A stretch of DNA of 64,000 nt, taken from the NCBI GenBank assembly GCA_951406725.2, contig OX597836.1:31310001-31374000 (forward strand), given 5' to 3'. The stretch is from Octopus vulgaris (Eukaryota). This document shows, piece after piece, positions 40,345-52,072 of this stretch. The first letter of the stretch is position 1, and every line of letters begins with the position of its first letter. The translations under genes and the position numbers were made by a program. The notes under the pieces were generated by a model. It saw only the letters and a list, made by a program, of their open reading frames with translations, did not search any database and was not told the origin of the DNA.

Positions 40345-40850
40345 ATCATCATCATTTTCATCGTTTAAAATCTGCATTCCATGCTGGCATGGGTTGGATG
40401 GTTTGACTGAGGACTGGTAAGCCGGGAGGCTGCACTAGACTCCAATCTAATCTGGCAAGGTTTCTACAGTTGGATGCCCTTCATAATGCCAACCCCTCCG
40501 AAAGTGTAGTGAGTGCCTTTTATGTGCCACCAGTACAGAGGCCAGTCAGATGGCACTGGCATTGACCATGCTCGAATGGTGCTTTTTACATGCCACTGGC
40601 ACGGGAGCCAGCCAGGCAACACTGGCATCAACCACGATCAAATGGTGCTTTTTATGTGCCACCGGTATAGGAGCCAGTCAGGTGGCATTGGCATCGATCA
40701 TGCTTGAATGGTGCTTTTTACATGCAACGGTATGGGAGCCAGTCAGGTGGCACTAGCATCAACCACGCTCAAATGATGCTTTTTACGTGCCACTGGTATG
40801 GGTGCCAGCCAGGTGGCATTGGCATTGGCCATGATTACTATTTCACTTGT
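40345..40850 (-). mobile_element. Non-autonomous retroelement S4 with (GAT)n tail and an internal 66-bp minisatellite
   Basis: The 3' end reads ..CCAACCCATGCCAGCATGGAA..AAACGATGA on the minus strand, with five 66-bp units at 40514-40830. Related copies at ~1570-1720, 8745-8880, 13330-13925, 18940-19050, 22880-23170, 30225-30430, 52995-53490 and 57945-58530. Confidence 0.75.
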
Positions 40851-40939
40851 CTAAAGAAAAGATGAAATGGCCATAGCTAGAACATTTTTGATTAAAGGTC
40901 TGCTGGATCAGGGCTGATGTTAAACAACAATTTTATATA

Positions 40940-41430
40940 TCATCATCGTTTTATATCTATTTCCTCTAACACACCATCTCACACTTCATTGTCAATGTTT
41001 TCAAGAGATTCAATATTCTGAGATCCTCCTTCACTTTTCCCCATCTCTTCATTTTCCCTCAAATTCCCTCTATTGTTGTCATTGTTTTCAAGCAGTCCAG
41101 TATTCTGAGACCCTCTTTCACCACTTTTTCCCCATCTCTTTATCTTCCCTCACATTCCTTCTATGGGCTGCTTAGCATTTCTTTACATAGCTGCCATCGT
41201 TTCATATGCATCATATCTCTATGCCAGCTGGTTCCTTTTATATCTGGATTTCCTCTCAGATCTGCTCTGTTCTGTTCTTCATGTACACTAACATTACACA
41301 TCCAGCAGAGTATGCTCTCATATCTTCCTAGCTTCCATACATATTCAACATTCATTGCCCATTCTTTGCCACCATGCATCATCAGAGAATTTACTTTTTA
41401 CTTAAGAGAAACCCCGTTTGTTGCTAGCAA
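40940..41430 (-). mobile_element. Degraded RTE LINE C-terminal fragment
   Basis: MMHGGKEWAM..ILCWMCNVSVHEEQNRADLR..VVKEGLRILD resembles the RTE MLYG.ETW..MLRWM.GV..W..V..DL region. The last ~90 bp are locally duplicated. Confidence 0.65.
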
Positions 41431-44400
41431 TAGTAATAGCACTCTTGAATTTTTTTCCACTACAGCCATAATCTGGCTATTATGTTTCAAATCATCCAAA
41501 TTCACTACTGATTAGGTCCACTTGGTTAAAAGAACCAGCTGTCTAAGTTACCAGGGTAACAGAAATTGCATGCGCACATACACACACATGCATGCATGCA
41601 AATACTGAAGGAAAACTTAAAACAACACCAGGCAAAGGCATAGATGTGATTAGAAACTTTGCTTCACAATCACATGATTCTGGGTTCAATCCCAATGTGT
41701 GGCCTCTTGGGCAAGCATTTTCCACCAAAGCCCCTGTTGGAGCTGTTGTAAGTGAAAACAAGTAGACAAACTGTGTAAAATCCTGTTGATGGATTGCACC
41801 AATTCATGAGTGGTAGACTTACTTCATTACTCAATTTAACTTAACTACATGGTCTTTGAGTATGAGCATTCAGAACAGTGTCAGTTCTGGAGGCTCTGCA
41901 CTAAACTTCCTCATTTAAATAAATAATCCTTTTATTCTTTTGCTCATTTCAGCCATTTGACTGCAGTCATGCTGGAGCAATGCCTTGAAGGGATTTTAGT
42001 TGAATAAATTGACCCCAGGACTTATTTTTAAAGCCTAGTACTTATGCTATTGGCCTCTTTTGCTGAACTGCTAAGTTACAGAGACGTAAACACACCAACA
42101 CCAGTTGTCAAGTAGTGATGAGAGGGCAAACGCACACATTCACACAGCAGGCTTCTTTCAGTATCCATCTACCAAATTCACTCATAAGGCTTTGGTCAGC
42201 CCAAGGCTGAAATAGAAGACATTTGCCCAAGGTGCCACATAGTGGGACTGAACCTGGAACTGTGTGGTTGGGAAGCAAGCTTCTTACCACACAGCCATGC
42301 TTGCACCTAAAAGAATAAAAATTAATAAGCCTTCATGTGTAATATCAAAGTTCATAGACAATATAAGTATTAATCCTTTTGTTATCATATTTCTGTTTAT
42401 TATGTTTATTGCAATTAATTTTGAAAATAATGAGGAATTTAATAAGCTGGGGTTTGGAACATAAATTAATATGGAATTTTGATGGAAGATTCTAATTTAG
42501 ATTGCTTTAAAACAGGACATTTGTATCATGGAACCACGAATGGTCTTCGGTGGGTTGGTTTCAAAAGGGTTAAACTAATCTCAGGTAAGGCAGCGAGCTA
42601 GCAGAAACGTTAGCACACCAGGTGAAATGCTTAGCAGTATTTCGTCTGCTGCTACATTCTGGGTTCAAATTCCGCCGAGGTCGATTTTGCCTTTCATCCT
42701 TTCGGGGGTCGATAAATTAAGTACCAGTTACACACTGAGGTCGATGTAATCGACTTAATACGTTTGTCTGTCCTTGTTTGTCCTCTCTGTGTTTAGCTCC
42801 TTGTGGGTAGTAAAGAAATAGGTAGGGCAGTTTTATGACTTTGACCCTTTAGCATTTAAACTGGCCATTCTGGCCCAAAAATTCTATTCCTTTTATGTTT
42901 TTACTGTTTTCACTGGCCACAACTCGCCTCTCACACCTAACCTACAAATGTCATTTTAAAAATAAACAATTACATCATCTAAATCTTGGAACTACGAGAT
43001 AATAAATGAATAAGTAAGCATTACATTTGACAGAGCACTCTGAATGCGGAAGGGTTAACCCTTACATTTTCTTGAAACAAGCAGATATTAGTAGGAGATA
43101 ACTATGAGAGATCTTACTAATGAAAGCATATATCATAACACATTCAGCTAGGTAAAATCAGTTCTTTCAAGCAGTGATTTGGTGCACTACCATGGCATAC
43201 TGGTATACCGTGACATGCTGGTGTTCCATAACACACTGAGTTGTGTGTAGTGTGAAAACAACAGAATTATGTTTAAAATATGTGAAAAATACAAACTGAA
43301 ATTTAAATATAAAATTTTAGTAACCACATTCCATTTCTTAATGTTTTGTAGTTATAATTAGTCATATGTATAAGTTTAAATATATAACTGTATTTTTATA
43401 AATGCATTTTCTTTTCACTTTGCATGTAAAGTATACTGAAATATTTTTATTTTCTCTAAAGTGTGCCACACACAAAAACGTGTTTAGAGAAATTACTGCT
43501 TTACAGAGTCACACACTAGATCCTCTATAATGTGGGATCAAATAAATTGCAACCCACTCTCCTGGGGCCAAATACATAACAACAACCAGTTCAAGAGGTG
43601 ATAGGATCAAACAGTGTAGGAATTGTTGTTTGTGTGTACTAAAGAGAAACACTTAAAGTTGCATATTTGATGTCGGGATTTCAGTAGCAGACCTTCAAAG
43701 AGGTGGGGGTGTTTTCACATGTGATACTGATGTACTTCAATCCAGAGGGGAGCGATGGAAGGTTAATCTTAGTTAATCATGACAACCATGGCTAATCCTA
43801 CAGCCTGAAGAGTCCCCTAGTAGTCTTAGGGAAATGTGGGCACACACAAACACACACATGCCCCTGGTGCTTCCAATAAAACATTTTAATATATTATCAA
43901 AACTATTTCAACATTCATATTTGTTTTTCTAAGATTTTGATGCTTGTTCAAATAAAAACCAAATAGTTTAAATATTTTAGAGTGCTACTACATAGCTCAA
44001 CACAGCATCAATACCAAACTCCATATGGTACCCATACTTAAATCTACATAATTCCAATACTAAACTATTAAATATTGTAACCAAATTCTAAATAGTGTCA
44101 TCGACGCTAATTTCAGGTCGTTCAGTGATTCTTTTCATTTTTATCACTTTTATTCTCTGCTAGTCTACATTACATAGCCTACATGACTACAGCTATACAC
44201 ACACAGCATTTATATACAACACAACAAATCCAGCATTTACTATAAACAAATGTGGCCTTTAATAGTGTTTGTTTATTAATACTAAACGCGTTTATTTACC
44301 AAGTGAATAACTAAACTGGAACATTAAAAACAACTGATTTCTGTCACAAGCTGGCATAATGCCACAAATTTTGAAAGTGAATACAGTTAATTAAACCAAC

Positions 44401-45671
44401 CCCAGTTATTGATTTAATACTATTTTATCCAATCCCTGTGAAAATAAAAAGGCAAATAAACAAAAATTGAAAACCAAAAAAAAACATTTTGTTTTCAAAA
44501 GTTAACCTTGGTGTGATTTGAACTCGGATATAAAAGAACAAACTCTCACAAAATATTTTGTATGAAGCTATACTGATTCTGCCATAATAACAATAAATGT
44601 CCTTTGTTCAAAATTGGCCTCTGTATAATTACGTGTGCAATAGATAAGAAATACTGTAACAGCTTTATTTATGCCTGATAGCATCACACACAAGAAAGTT
44701 CAATGAAGATGAGATTAAGAAAGAGAAACAAAAAACATGAAATAAATAAATAAAATAAAGACAATACTGTTTTAAATTCAAGATCTGAGAATCCTGTTAG
44801 AAAGTAAGAAAGAATTTGAAATAAATACTTAACTATGGAACAGTGAATAATATCCATAAATATCGCAGTAAATAATTTCACGTGGAGTGGATGTAATAGA
44901 AACCAGAAAAATATATATGTCCAGAAAGAATATCAAAAGACAGTCTTAAGATAGTCTTTGCTGCTGCTATTTCAGACTTGAAAAATGCCTTATGTTGGCA
45001 CTTTATTCTTCGTTTGTTTTTGAGTTTTATTTAATTTTTTTTTTCTCTTTTGGTTGATTTGTTGTGTTTTAAGATGTACTTGTGGAGTGTTATTAAATCT
45101 GGGAATATAGTTTCCTTCTTTAGAAGCTAAAGGAACCAACCAATCGGTAGAGGGTACATGTAGCCAGGTTGGCAGCAGAGAAAGTAAACTTAATAAATAT
45201 CATAAGACTTGTGAGAGATGCCACATATGTGAACTTCACATTTACATGAAACCTTCCCCTCTCTTTCTCTCTCTCTCTCTTCGTGAATGTACAAAAGTTA
45301 CAGTAACCCAGTTTTGCAACTAGAATTATATATACATCCTTTGTGCTGAAAAACTACATATGTGTCAGTTAAGTGGGGAGAGGAGAGAAAAGAAAAACTT
45401 AAAACTATAGTGTAATTAATTTCTACCATTAACCCACAAGCTAAATTATTTTTTTCATTCTTTTTCATTATTTAAAAAAAATTTTTTTTAATCATTGGAC
45501 TGAGGCCATACTGGGGTACCACACTCAAAGGTACAGTTGTATGGTATTTATTTTATCAACCTTGGAAGGATGAAAAACAAAGATGACCTGGGCAGGGTTT
45601 GAACTCAGAATGTAAAGGGCTGTAACCAAATACAAGGTAATCTGTCTCGTGCAATATTGATGGCCTGCAAG

Positions 45672-45720
<49 letters not shown>

Positions 45721-46369
45721 AACGATGGGCTTCTTTCAGTTTCCATCTGCCAAATCCACTCACAAGGCTTTGGTCATCCCAAAGCTATAGTAGAAGATAC
45801 TTGCCCAAGGTGCCATGCAGTGGGACAGAACTCGGAACCATGTTAGTAAGAAGCTAGCTTCTTACCACATATCCACATGTTCTGAGTTCAAATTCTGCCG
45901 AGGTTGACTTTACCTTTCATCCTTTGAGGGTCAATAAAATAAGTACCAGTTGAACACTGGGGTCGATGTAATTGACTTACCCACTACCTGAGGTTACTGG
46001 CCTTGTGCCAAAATTTTAAACCAATACAACGTAGTGCTATAGCGGAAACAGTACAATGCCTTGCGATATTTTACTTATACCACCTTTATGTTGTAAGTTA
46101 ACATCTTAATAGATTTCCTTTGGCTTACATAAGAATCACTCAAGTACTGAAGTTGATTCATCCATCTGTGCCCAACCCCACTTTACAAATGTGTGACCTT
46201 GTTACAATGAGAGAAATCATTACTATTATCACTGAGCTGGCAGAATTATATACCAGACAAAGCACTTAGCGGGTATTTCTTTCAGCTCTTTACATTCTGT
46301 GTTCAAATTGTGCCAAGGTTAACTCTGATTGCTATGCATCTGGGGGTTAATCAACTAAGCGCTAGTTTA

Positions 46370-46972
46370 AGGCGGTGGCGAGCTGGCAGAAACGTTAGTA
46401 CGCCAGGCAAAATGCTTAGTGGTATTTCATCTGTCGCTACGTTCTGAGTTCAAATTCTGCTGAGGTTGACTTTACCTTTCATCCTTTCGGGGTCGATAAA
46501 TTAAGTACCAGTTATGCATTGGGGTCAATGTAATTGACTTAATACCTATGTCTGTCCTTGTTTGTCCCCTCTATGTTTAGCCCCTTGTGGGTAATAAAGA
46601 AACAGGTATTTCGTCTGTCGCTACATTCTGAGTTCAAATTCTGCCACGGTCGACTTTGCCTTTCATCTTTTCGGGATCGATTAAATAATTACCAGTTACG
46701 CACTGGGATTGATATAATTGACTTAATCCGTTTGCCTGTCCTTGTTTGTCCTTTCTGTGTTTAGCCCCTTGTGGGTAGTAAAGAAATAGGTATTTCGTCT
46801 GTCGCTACGTTCTGAGTTCAAATTCTGCTGAGGTCGACTTTGCCTTTCATCCTTTCGGGGTCGATTAAATAAGTAGCAGTTACGCACTGGGGTTGATATA
46901 ATTGACTTAATCCATTTGTCTGTCCTTGTTTGTCCCCTCTGAGTGTAGCCTCTTGTGGACAGTAAAGAAATA
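46370..46972 (+). mobile_element. SINE S1 multimer: one head plus three 184-bp units
   Basis: Units 46421-46604, 46605-46788 and 46789-46972 each start GGTATTTC and end GAAAYA. The array is embedded in an older related SINE. Confidence 0.88.
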
Positions 46973-47454
46973 AGTTGAACACTGGGGCTGATGAAATCGA
47001 CCAGTCTCTTCTCACCAAATTGTGTCTATACTAGAAAGGAAGGCAAGGTCAACCTTAAATGCTGCTGAGACTGACTTTGCCTTTTATCTTTTTGGCAGGG
47101 GTCAATGAAAATAAGTACCACTCAAATACTGAGGTTGATGTAATTGACTAACCCCCTACCCCAAAGTTTCAGGCCCTGCACCTATAGTAGAAAGAATTAT
47201 TATTATTATCATTATTAATGCAGCGAGCTGGCAGAAGCTGTAGCATGCCCAGTAAAATGCTTAGTGGCATTTTGTCCATCTTTACATTCTGAGTTCAAAT
47301 TCCACTGGGGTTGACTCTGCTTTTCATTCTTTCAGGGTCGATAAAATAAGTACCAGTTGAGTTCTGGGGTCAATGTAATCAACTTACCTCCTCCCAGAAA
47401 ATTGCTGGCCTTGTGCCAAAATGTGAAATCATCATCATTAATATTATTATTATT

Positions 47455-47782
47455 ACAGTGGCTCAGTGGTTAGAGTGTCGAGCTTACGATCATGAGGTTG
47501 TGAGTTCGAATCCCGGACCGGGCTGCGTGTTGTGTTCTTGAGCAAGACACTATATTTCACGTTGCTCCAGTTAACTCAGCTGTAGAAATGAGTTGTAACG
47601 TCACAGGTGCCAAGCTGCATCGGCCTTTGCCTTTCCCTTGGATAACACTGGTGGCGTGGAGAAGGGGAGGCCAGTATGCATGGGCGACTGCTGGTCTTCC
47701 ATAAACAACCTTGCCTGGACTTGTGCCTAGGAGGGTAACTTTCTAGGTGCAAACCCAGGGTCAGTCATGACTGAAGGGGATC
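47455..47782 (+). mobile_element. tRNA(Arg)-like SINE with a third tail type
   Basis: Head GTGGCTCAGTGGTTAGAGTGTCGAGCTTACGATCATGAGG..GAGTTCGAATCCC. It matches the reverse copy at ~27650-27985. Confidence 0.75.
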
Positions 47783-47854
47783 TCAGCACAGAAAATTGCT
47801 GGTAGAATCAATACGAGGCCAGACAAAAAAAAAAAAAAAAAACCTGTGCTGTAT

Positions 47855-48269
47855 GGCGCAGGAATGGCTGTGTGGTAAGTAGCTTGCTAACCAACCACAT
47901 GGTTCCGGGTTCAGTCCCACTGCGTGGCATCTTGGGCAAATGTCTTCTGCTATAGCCCCGGGTCGACGAATACCTTGTGAGTGGATTTGGTAGACGGAAA
48001 CTGAAAGAAGCCCGTCGTATATATGTATATATGTGTGTGTATGTGTGTGTGTGTGTGTGTTTGTTTGTCTATGTTTGTCTCCCTAGCATTGCTTGACAAC
48101 CGATGTTGGTGTGTTTACGTCCCCGTCACTTAGCGGTTCGGCAAAAGAGACCGATAGAATAAGTACTGGGCTTACAAAGAATAAGTCCCGGGGTCGAGTT
48201 GCTCGAATAAAGGCGGTGCTCCAGCATGGCCGCAGTCAAATGACTGAAACAAGTAAAAGAGTAAAGAGT
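47855..48269 (+). mobile_element. tRNA-derived SINE family S2 (~400 bp, internal (TA/TG)n, tail AAGTAAAAGAG)
   Basis: A-box TGGCTGTGTGG, B-box GGTTCAGTCCC and CORE-like CTTGGGCAAATGTC. Approximate positions of other copies: 2843-3180+, 7265-7595-, 8950-9210-, 17996-18392-, 23360-23805-, 26120-26440-, 30610-31010-, 32615-33375-, 41930-42308-, 49877-50290+, 50291-50445-, 53703-54110-, 57040-57448-. Confidence 0.88.
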
Positions 48270-48529
48270 GTATAATAGTTATAGCTCTTTATGGTCTGAG
48301 TTTTTAATCTAACCAAGTCAACTTTACTTTTCATCATTCCAGACTTGACAAAAGAAGTATAAGTCAAGTACTGGTGTCAACACAACTATTTTCTCCTTAA
48401 AAACTTGACGCTTAGTACCTACGTCAAAAGCTGATTTTATATTTTTACTCACAAAATGAGACACAGTGCTTGCACTTGTGTGTGTGTTTATATCTCATGT
48501 TTAAGGTCTGGTGTATAAATGTCACAACA

Positions 48530-48629
48530 TTTATATATATATATATATATATGTGTGTATATATATATATGTGTGTGTGTGCATATATATATGTGTGTGT
48601 GTGCATATATATATATGTGTGTGTGTGTG

Positions 48630-48672
<43 letters not shown>
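48530..48672. repeat. Compound (TA)n/(TG)n microsatellite
   Basis: Read directly. Confidence 0.95.
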
Positions 48673-49789
48673 TTGTGAAGAGAGAGGGAGAGAGAAAGTT
48701 CATATTTCTAAGTTTAACACAAAAGGAAGAAGTTACATACACATCTAGTTCCAAATTAGTCAGAAGAACACCATTGGTTACCAAATTGGCCGTGACTTCT
48801 GGTTCGTTAACCCATGGCAGAATGTTGGTTTAACTTTGCCAAAAGATCGCAGGTCACGGTAATATATAGGAAATGCTACTTAGCTACATGTGTGGGTTCG
48901 GTTCGGTTGAGGGTTTATGCACACAAGGAAAGTCATGTGGTTGAAAAAACAAAAAAAAGTTTACTTTGCAATGGCATGATTTTAGGTTCAGTTCCAATCT
49001 GCAGAACCATTGAAGCATATTTTTGAGTCAAATTTGATTGAATGAAATTGCAGAAACCCAACACACACACACTGGCCATCTTTGCACTCTCCTGTCTCAA
49101 AAAACCACTTTCTCTTTATCTTTCCTCTTCCAATCCCTTCAGTAATCTAACTTACATGGTGCTGTTGGTGATTTATTTTCCCTTCTTTGAACTTTTCCCT
49201 TTTACCTTTCTGACAAAGAGCTGTGCTCAAAACGGCAAAAATTCTCTGTACCTAATCCAGTTTGAACAATACTAAATTCTTGAGTAAAAGATATTTATTT
49301 TATTTATAACAGAACCCCCCCCAGTTATTGACCTACATTGAGTTAGATCAATGTAAATGTAGTTGAAAACATTTAATCACACTTTAAATGGTCAACAATG
49401 CTCACAAATCTGTCTTTGATGAACTCAAACTATTCCTATTTTAAAACTTTGTACCCGATTTTTTAATTATTATTATTATATATAGGAAACAAACGCAGAA
49501 ACATTGAGAACTATGTAATTAAGACTCTAATAACAATGTGTCTCAAAGTACATCATTAATAAAACATCTTTCCAGAATTTTAAAAAAAATTTTTTATTAC
49601 ATGTTTCTGTGATAGGGTTATATTAAATAACAGACAGACTGGCAGACTGGAAGTAGCCTTGAGGTAGAGAGGACATGTCTTTGATGAGGTTGCAAATGGT
49701 GTCAAAAGGACTTTGACAAGCCTAGTAGGTTAATTGAAGGGTTAACCAATTGAGTCATAAAAATAAAGAAGTGGAATAAAACTGCTGGC

Positions 49790-49861
49790 AGCAGAGTGGT
49801 GCAGTGGAAGCGTGCTGGGCCCATAACCCAGAGGTCCGTAGATCAAAACTATGCTCTGCTA
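49790..49861 (+). tRNA. tRNA-iMet: Initiator tRNA-Met (CAT), possibly a decaying pseudogene
   Basis: AGCAGAGTGGTGCAGTGGAAGCGTGCTGGGCCCATAACCCAGAGGTCCGTAGATCAAAACTATGCTCTGCTA has the A1-T72 pair, the GGG/CCC anticodon stem, the CAT anticodon and an A54-type T-loop, all hallmarks of a eukaryotic initiator tRNA. Three positions look like CpG transitions, and no T4 terminator follows. Confidence 0.9.
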
Positions 49862-50048
49862 AGCGTATTTCCTTTAGGCACAAGAGTGGCTGTGTGATAA
49901 GTAGGTTACTTACCAACCACATGGTTCTGGGTTCATTCCCACTGCATGGCACCTTGGGTAAGCATCTTCTACTATAACCTTGGACTGACCAAAGCCTTGT
50001 GAGGGGATTTGGTAGATGGAAACTGAAAGAAGCCTGTCACGTAAAAAT

Positions 50049-50091
<43 letters not shown>

Positions 50092-51653
50092 ATATGCCTG
50101 TGTTTGTCCCTCCACTATTGCTTGACAACCAATGTTGGTGTGTCTACATCCCCGTAACTTAATAGTTCGACAAAAGAGACCAATAGAGTAAGTACTAGGC
50201 TTGCAATGAATAAGTCCTGGGGTTGATTTGCTCAACTAAAGGTGGTGCTCCAGCATGGCCACAGTCAAATAACAAACAAATAAAAGAATAGCTTTCAGTT
50301 TCCGTCTACCAAATCCACTCACAAGGCTTTGGTTGTCTCAAGGCTACAGTAGAAGACACTTGCCCAAGGAGCCATGCAGTGAGAATGAACCCAGAGCCAT
50401 GTGGTTGGGAAGCAAGCTTCTTACCACACAGCCACTCCTGTGCCTGGTTAACTATATCTTTTTCCATCACTGCCCACAGGAAATGGAATGAGGCTAGGAG
50501 TGAGTAGATCAGACCTAATTTAGTTTCCACTAAATTAGCACTAACCAACAATCAAAGTCATCTCCAGGTGTGTGTGTGTGTGCATGCATGTATATATATC
50601 ATATCCATATGTATGTGTGAGTATGTATTAACAGGGGTGCAATAGCAATAGGCAAAGAATACTCCTTCCCGATTGCAGGTGGCTGTTATATACAACAGCT
50701 GACAGTCTTCATATTCAAGTCTTTTGTCCTTATAATTTATTCACATTTATATTTATATAACAAACAAAAAAAAAAGCCCCCCCTCAAATCCTCATTCTAC
50801 AAATGCTTTCAACCAGAAATAACAGAGAAACTTCCGAGAAAGAGCTTTTGTTTTCTGAACTAGACCAGAAATTAAAAAATTTCCAGGTGAAAGATCAAAG
50901 AAATTATAAGGCTTCCAAGTGAACTTAGGTCACATTCTATTACAATTTCCCCAATAACATAAGCCAACGAGAGAGCAGCCAGGCAATTGCTTGACCTAGA
51001 AGTAGCAGCCAAATCATGCTTGAATTGCATCCAACCATCTTAGAACAAAAAGACAAAAAGGAAAAAAGCACACTTTGAACTGTATAGTCACAGATACATA
51101 ATCTAACTGAATAGAATGCTTTCCTAATAGTATAATAGATCTGTTGACCCAAGGCTGACCTTTGGCCAAACAACAAAAAATATGCATCATTACCAAAGCC
51201 AGTTTGTCAAGCAGTAGAGGAGGACAAAGACACAAACACACCACACATATATACATACATTCAGTTTCCATCTATTAAATCCACTAACAAGGCTTTGGTC
51301 AGTATGGGGCTACAGTAGAAGACACAGCAGGACTGAACCAGAACCATGTGGTTGGTAAGCAAGTTTCTTACCCCACAGTCACACCTGTGTTTATTTTACC
51401 TCACAACCATGCCTGTTGCTGTTGATTTATTTAAGAAATTCCTTTCCTAAGAACTGGTGTGGTGGTGCTGATGATGATGGGAGCAAATTGAAGAAGAGCC
51501 TTGCTATGTGTCAGATGGGGTGGGGACATTATTTCATGTAGTGATGCACATTTCTTGTTGCTGTTTGACCACCGAAGGTCAACCTAGGGTCAACAGATCT
51601 ATTATACTATTATTGAAGTATTCCATTCAGTTAGACTGTATATAAAATAGTTG

Positions 51654-52072
51654 GGATCTTTTTGGTTTGAACAGCAGTTTTTTAAAATAATTTCTACGTA
51701 ACTAAACACTTTTAAACTTCGTATACTGGTAGAATGTGTTTAGAAAACATCTTTTTCTCTGAGCTTTATTGAGAAAATTCTATAGTTTGTAAGATATTTG
51801 TTGTTTTTTTTCTTCAATTTCTGCAATTTCAACCAATCAATGACGTCTATTGAGGTGAAAACATTCTGTGCCGTATGGATATGTCCCTCGTTTAAGAAAC
51901 AGATTGGGTTTATTTACATTTCTGAAGAAAAAAAAGATACTCTTCCTCTCACCCCAAACCCTAACCCTAAAACAGATTGAAATGCAATAGATCGATACTA
52001 GGGTCATAATTATGGGTGACAATTTCATATGACACTGCTAGAAAAAAACTGCCGTTCAAACCGAAAAGATCC
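51654..52072. mobile_element. Merlin-like MITE, copy 2
   Basis: Same element. TSD AATAGTTG at 51646-51653 and 52073-52080. Confidence 0.88.

Noticed and set aside
46421-46972. Regularly spaced repeats as a CRISPR-like array
   Set aside because: The units are whole 184-bp SINE bodies with no unique spacers, the context is eukaryotic and no cas genes are present.
47455-47525. SINE heads as functional tRNA-Arg genes
   Set aside because: They have A and B boxes but no intact acceptor stem, and they run straight into SINE bodies.
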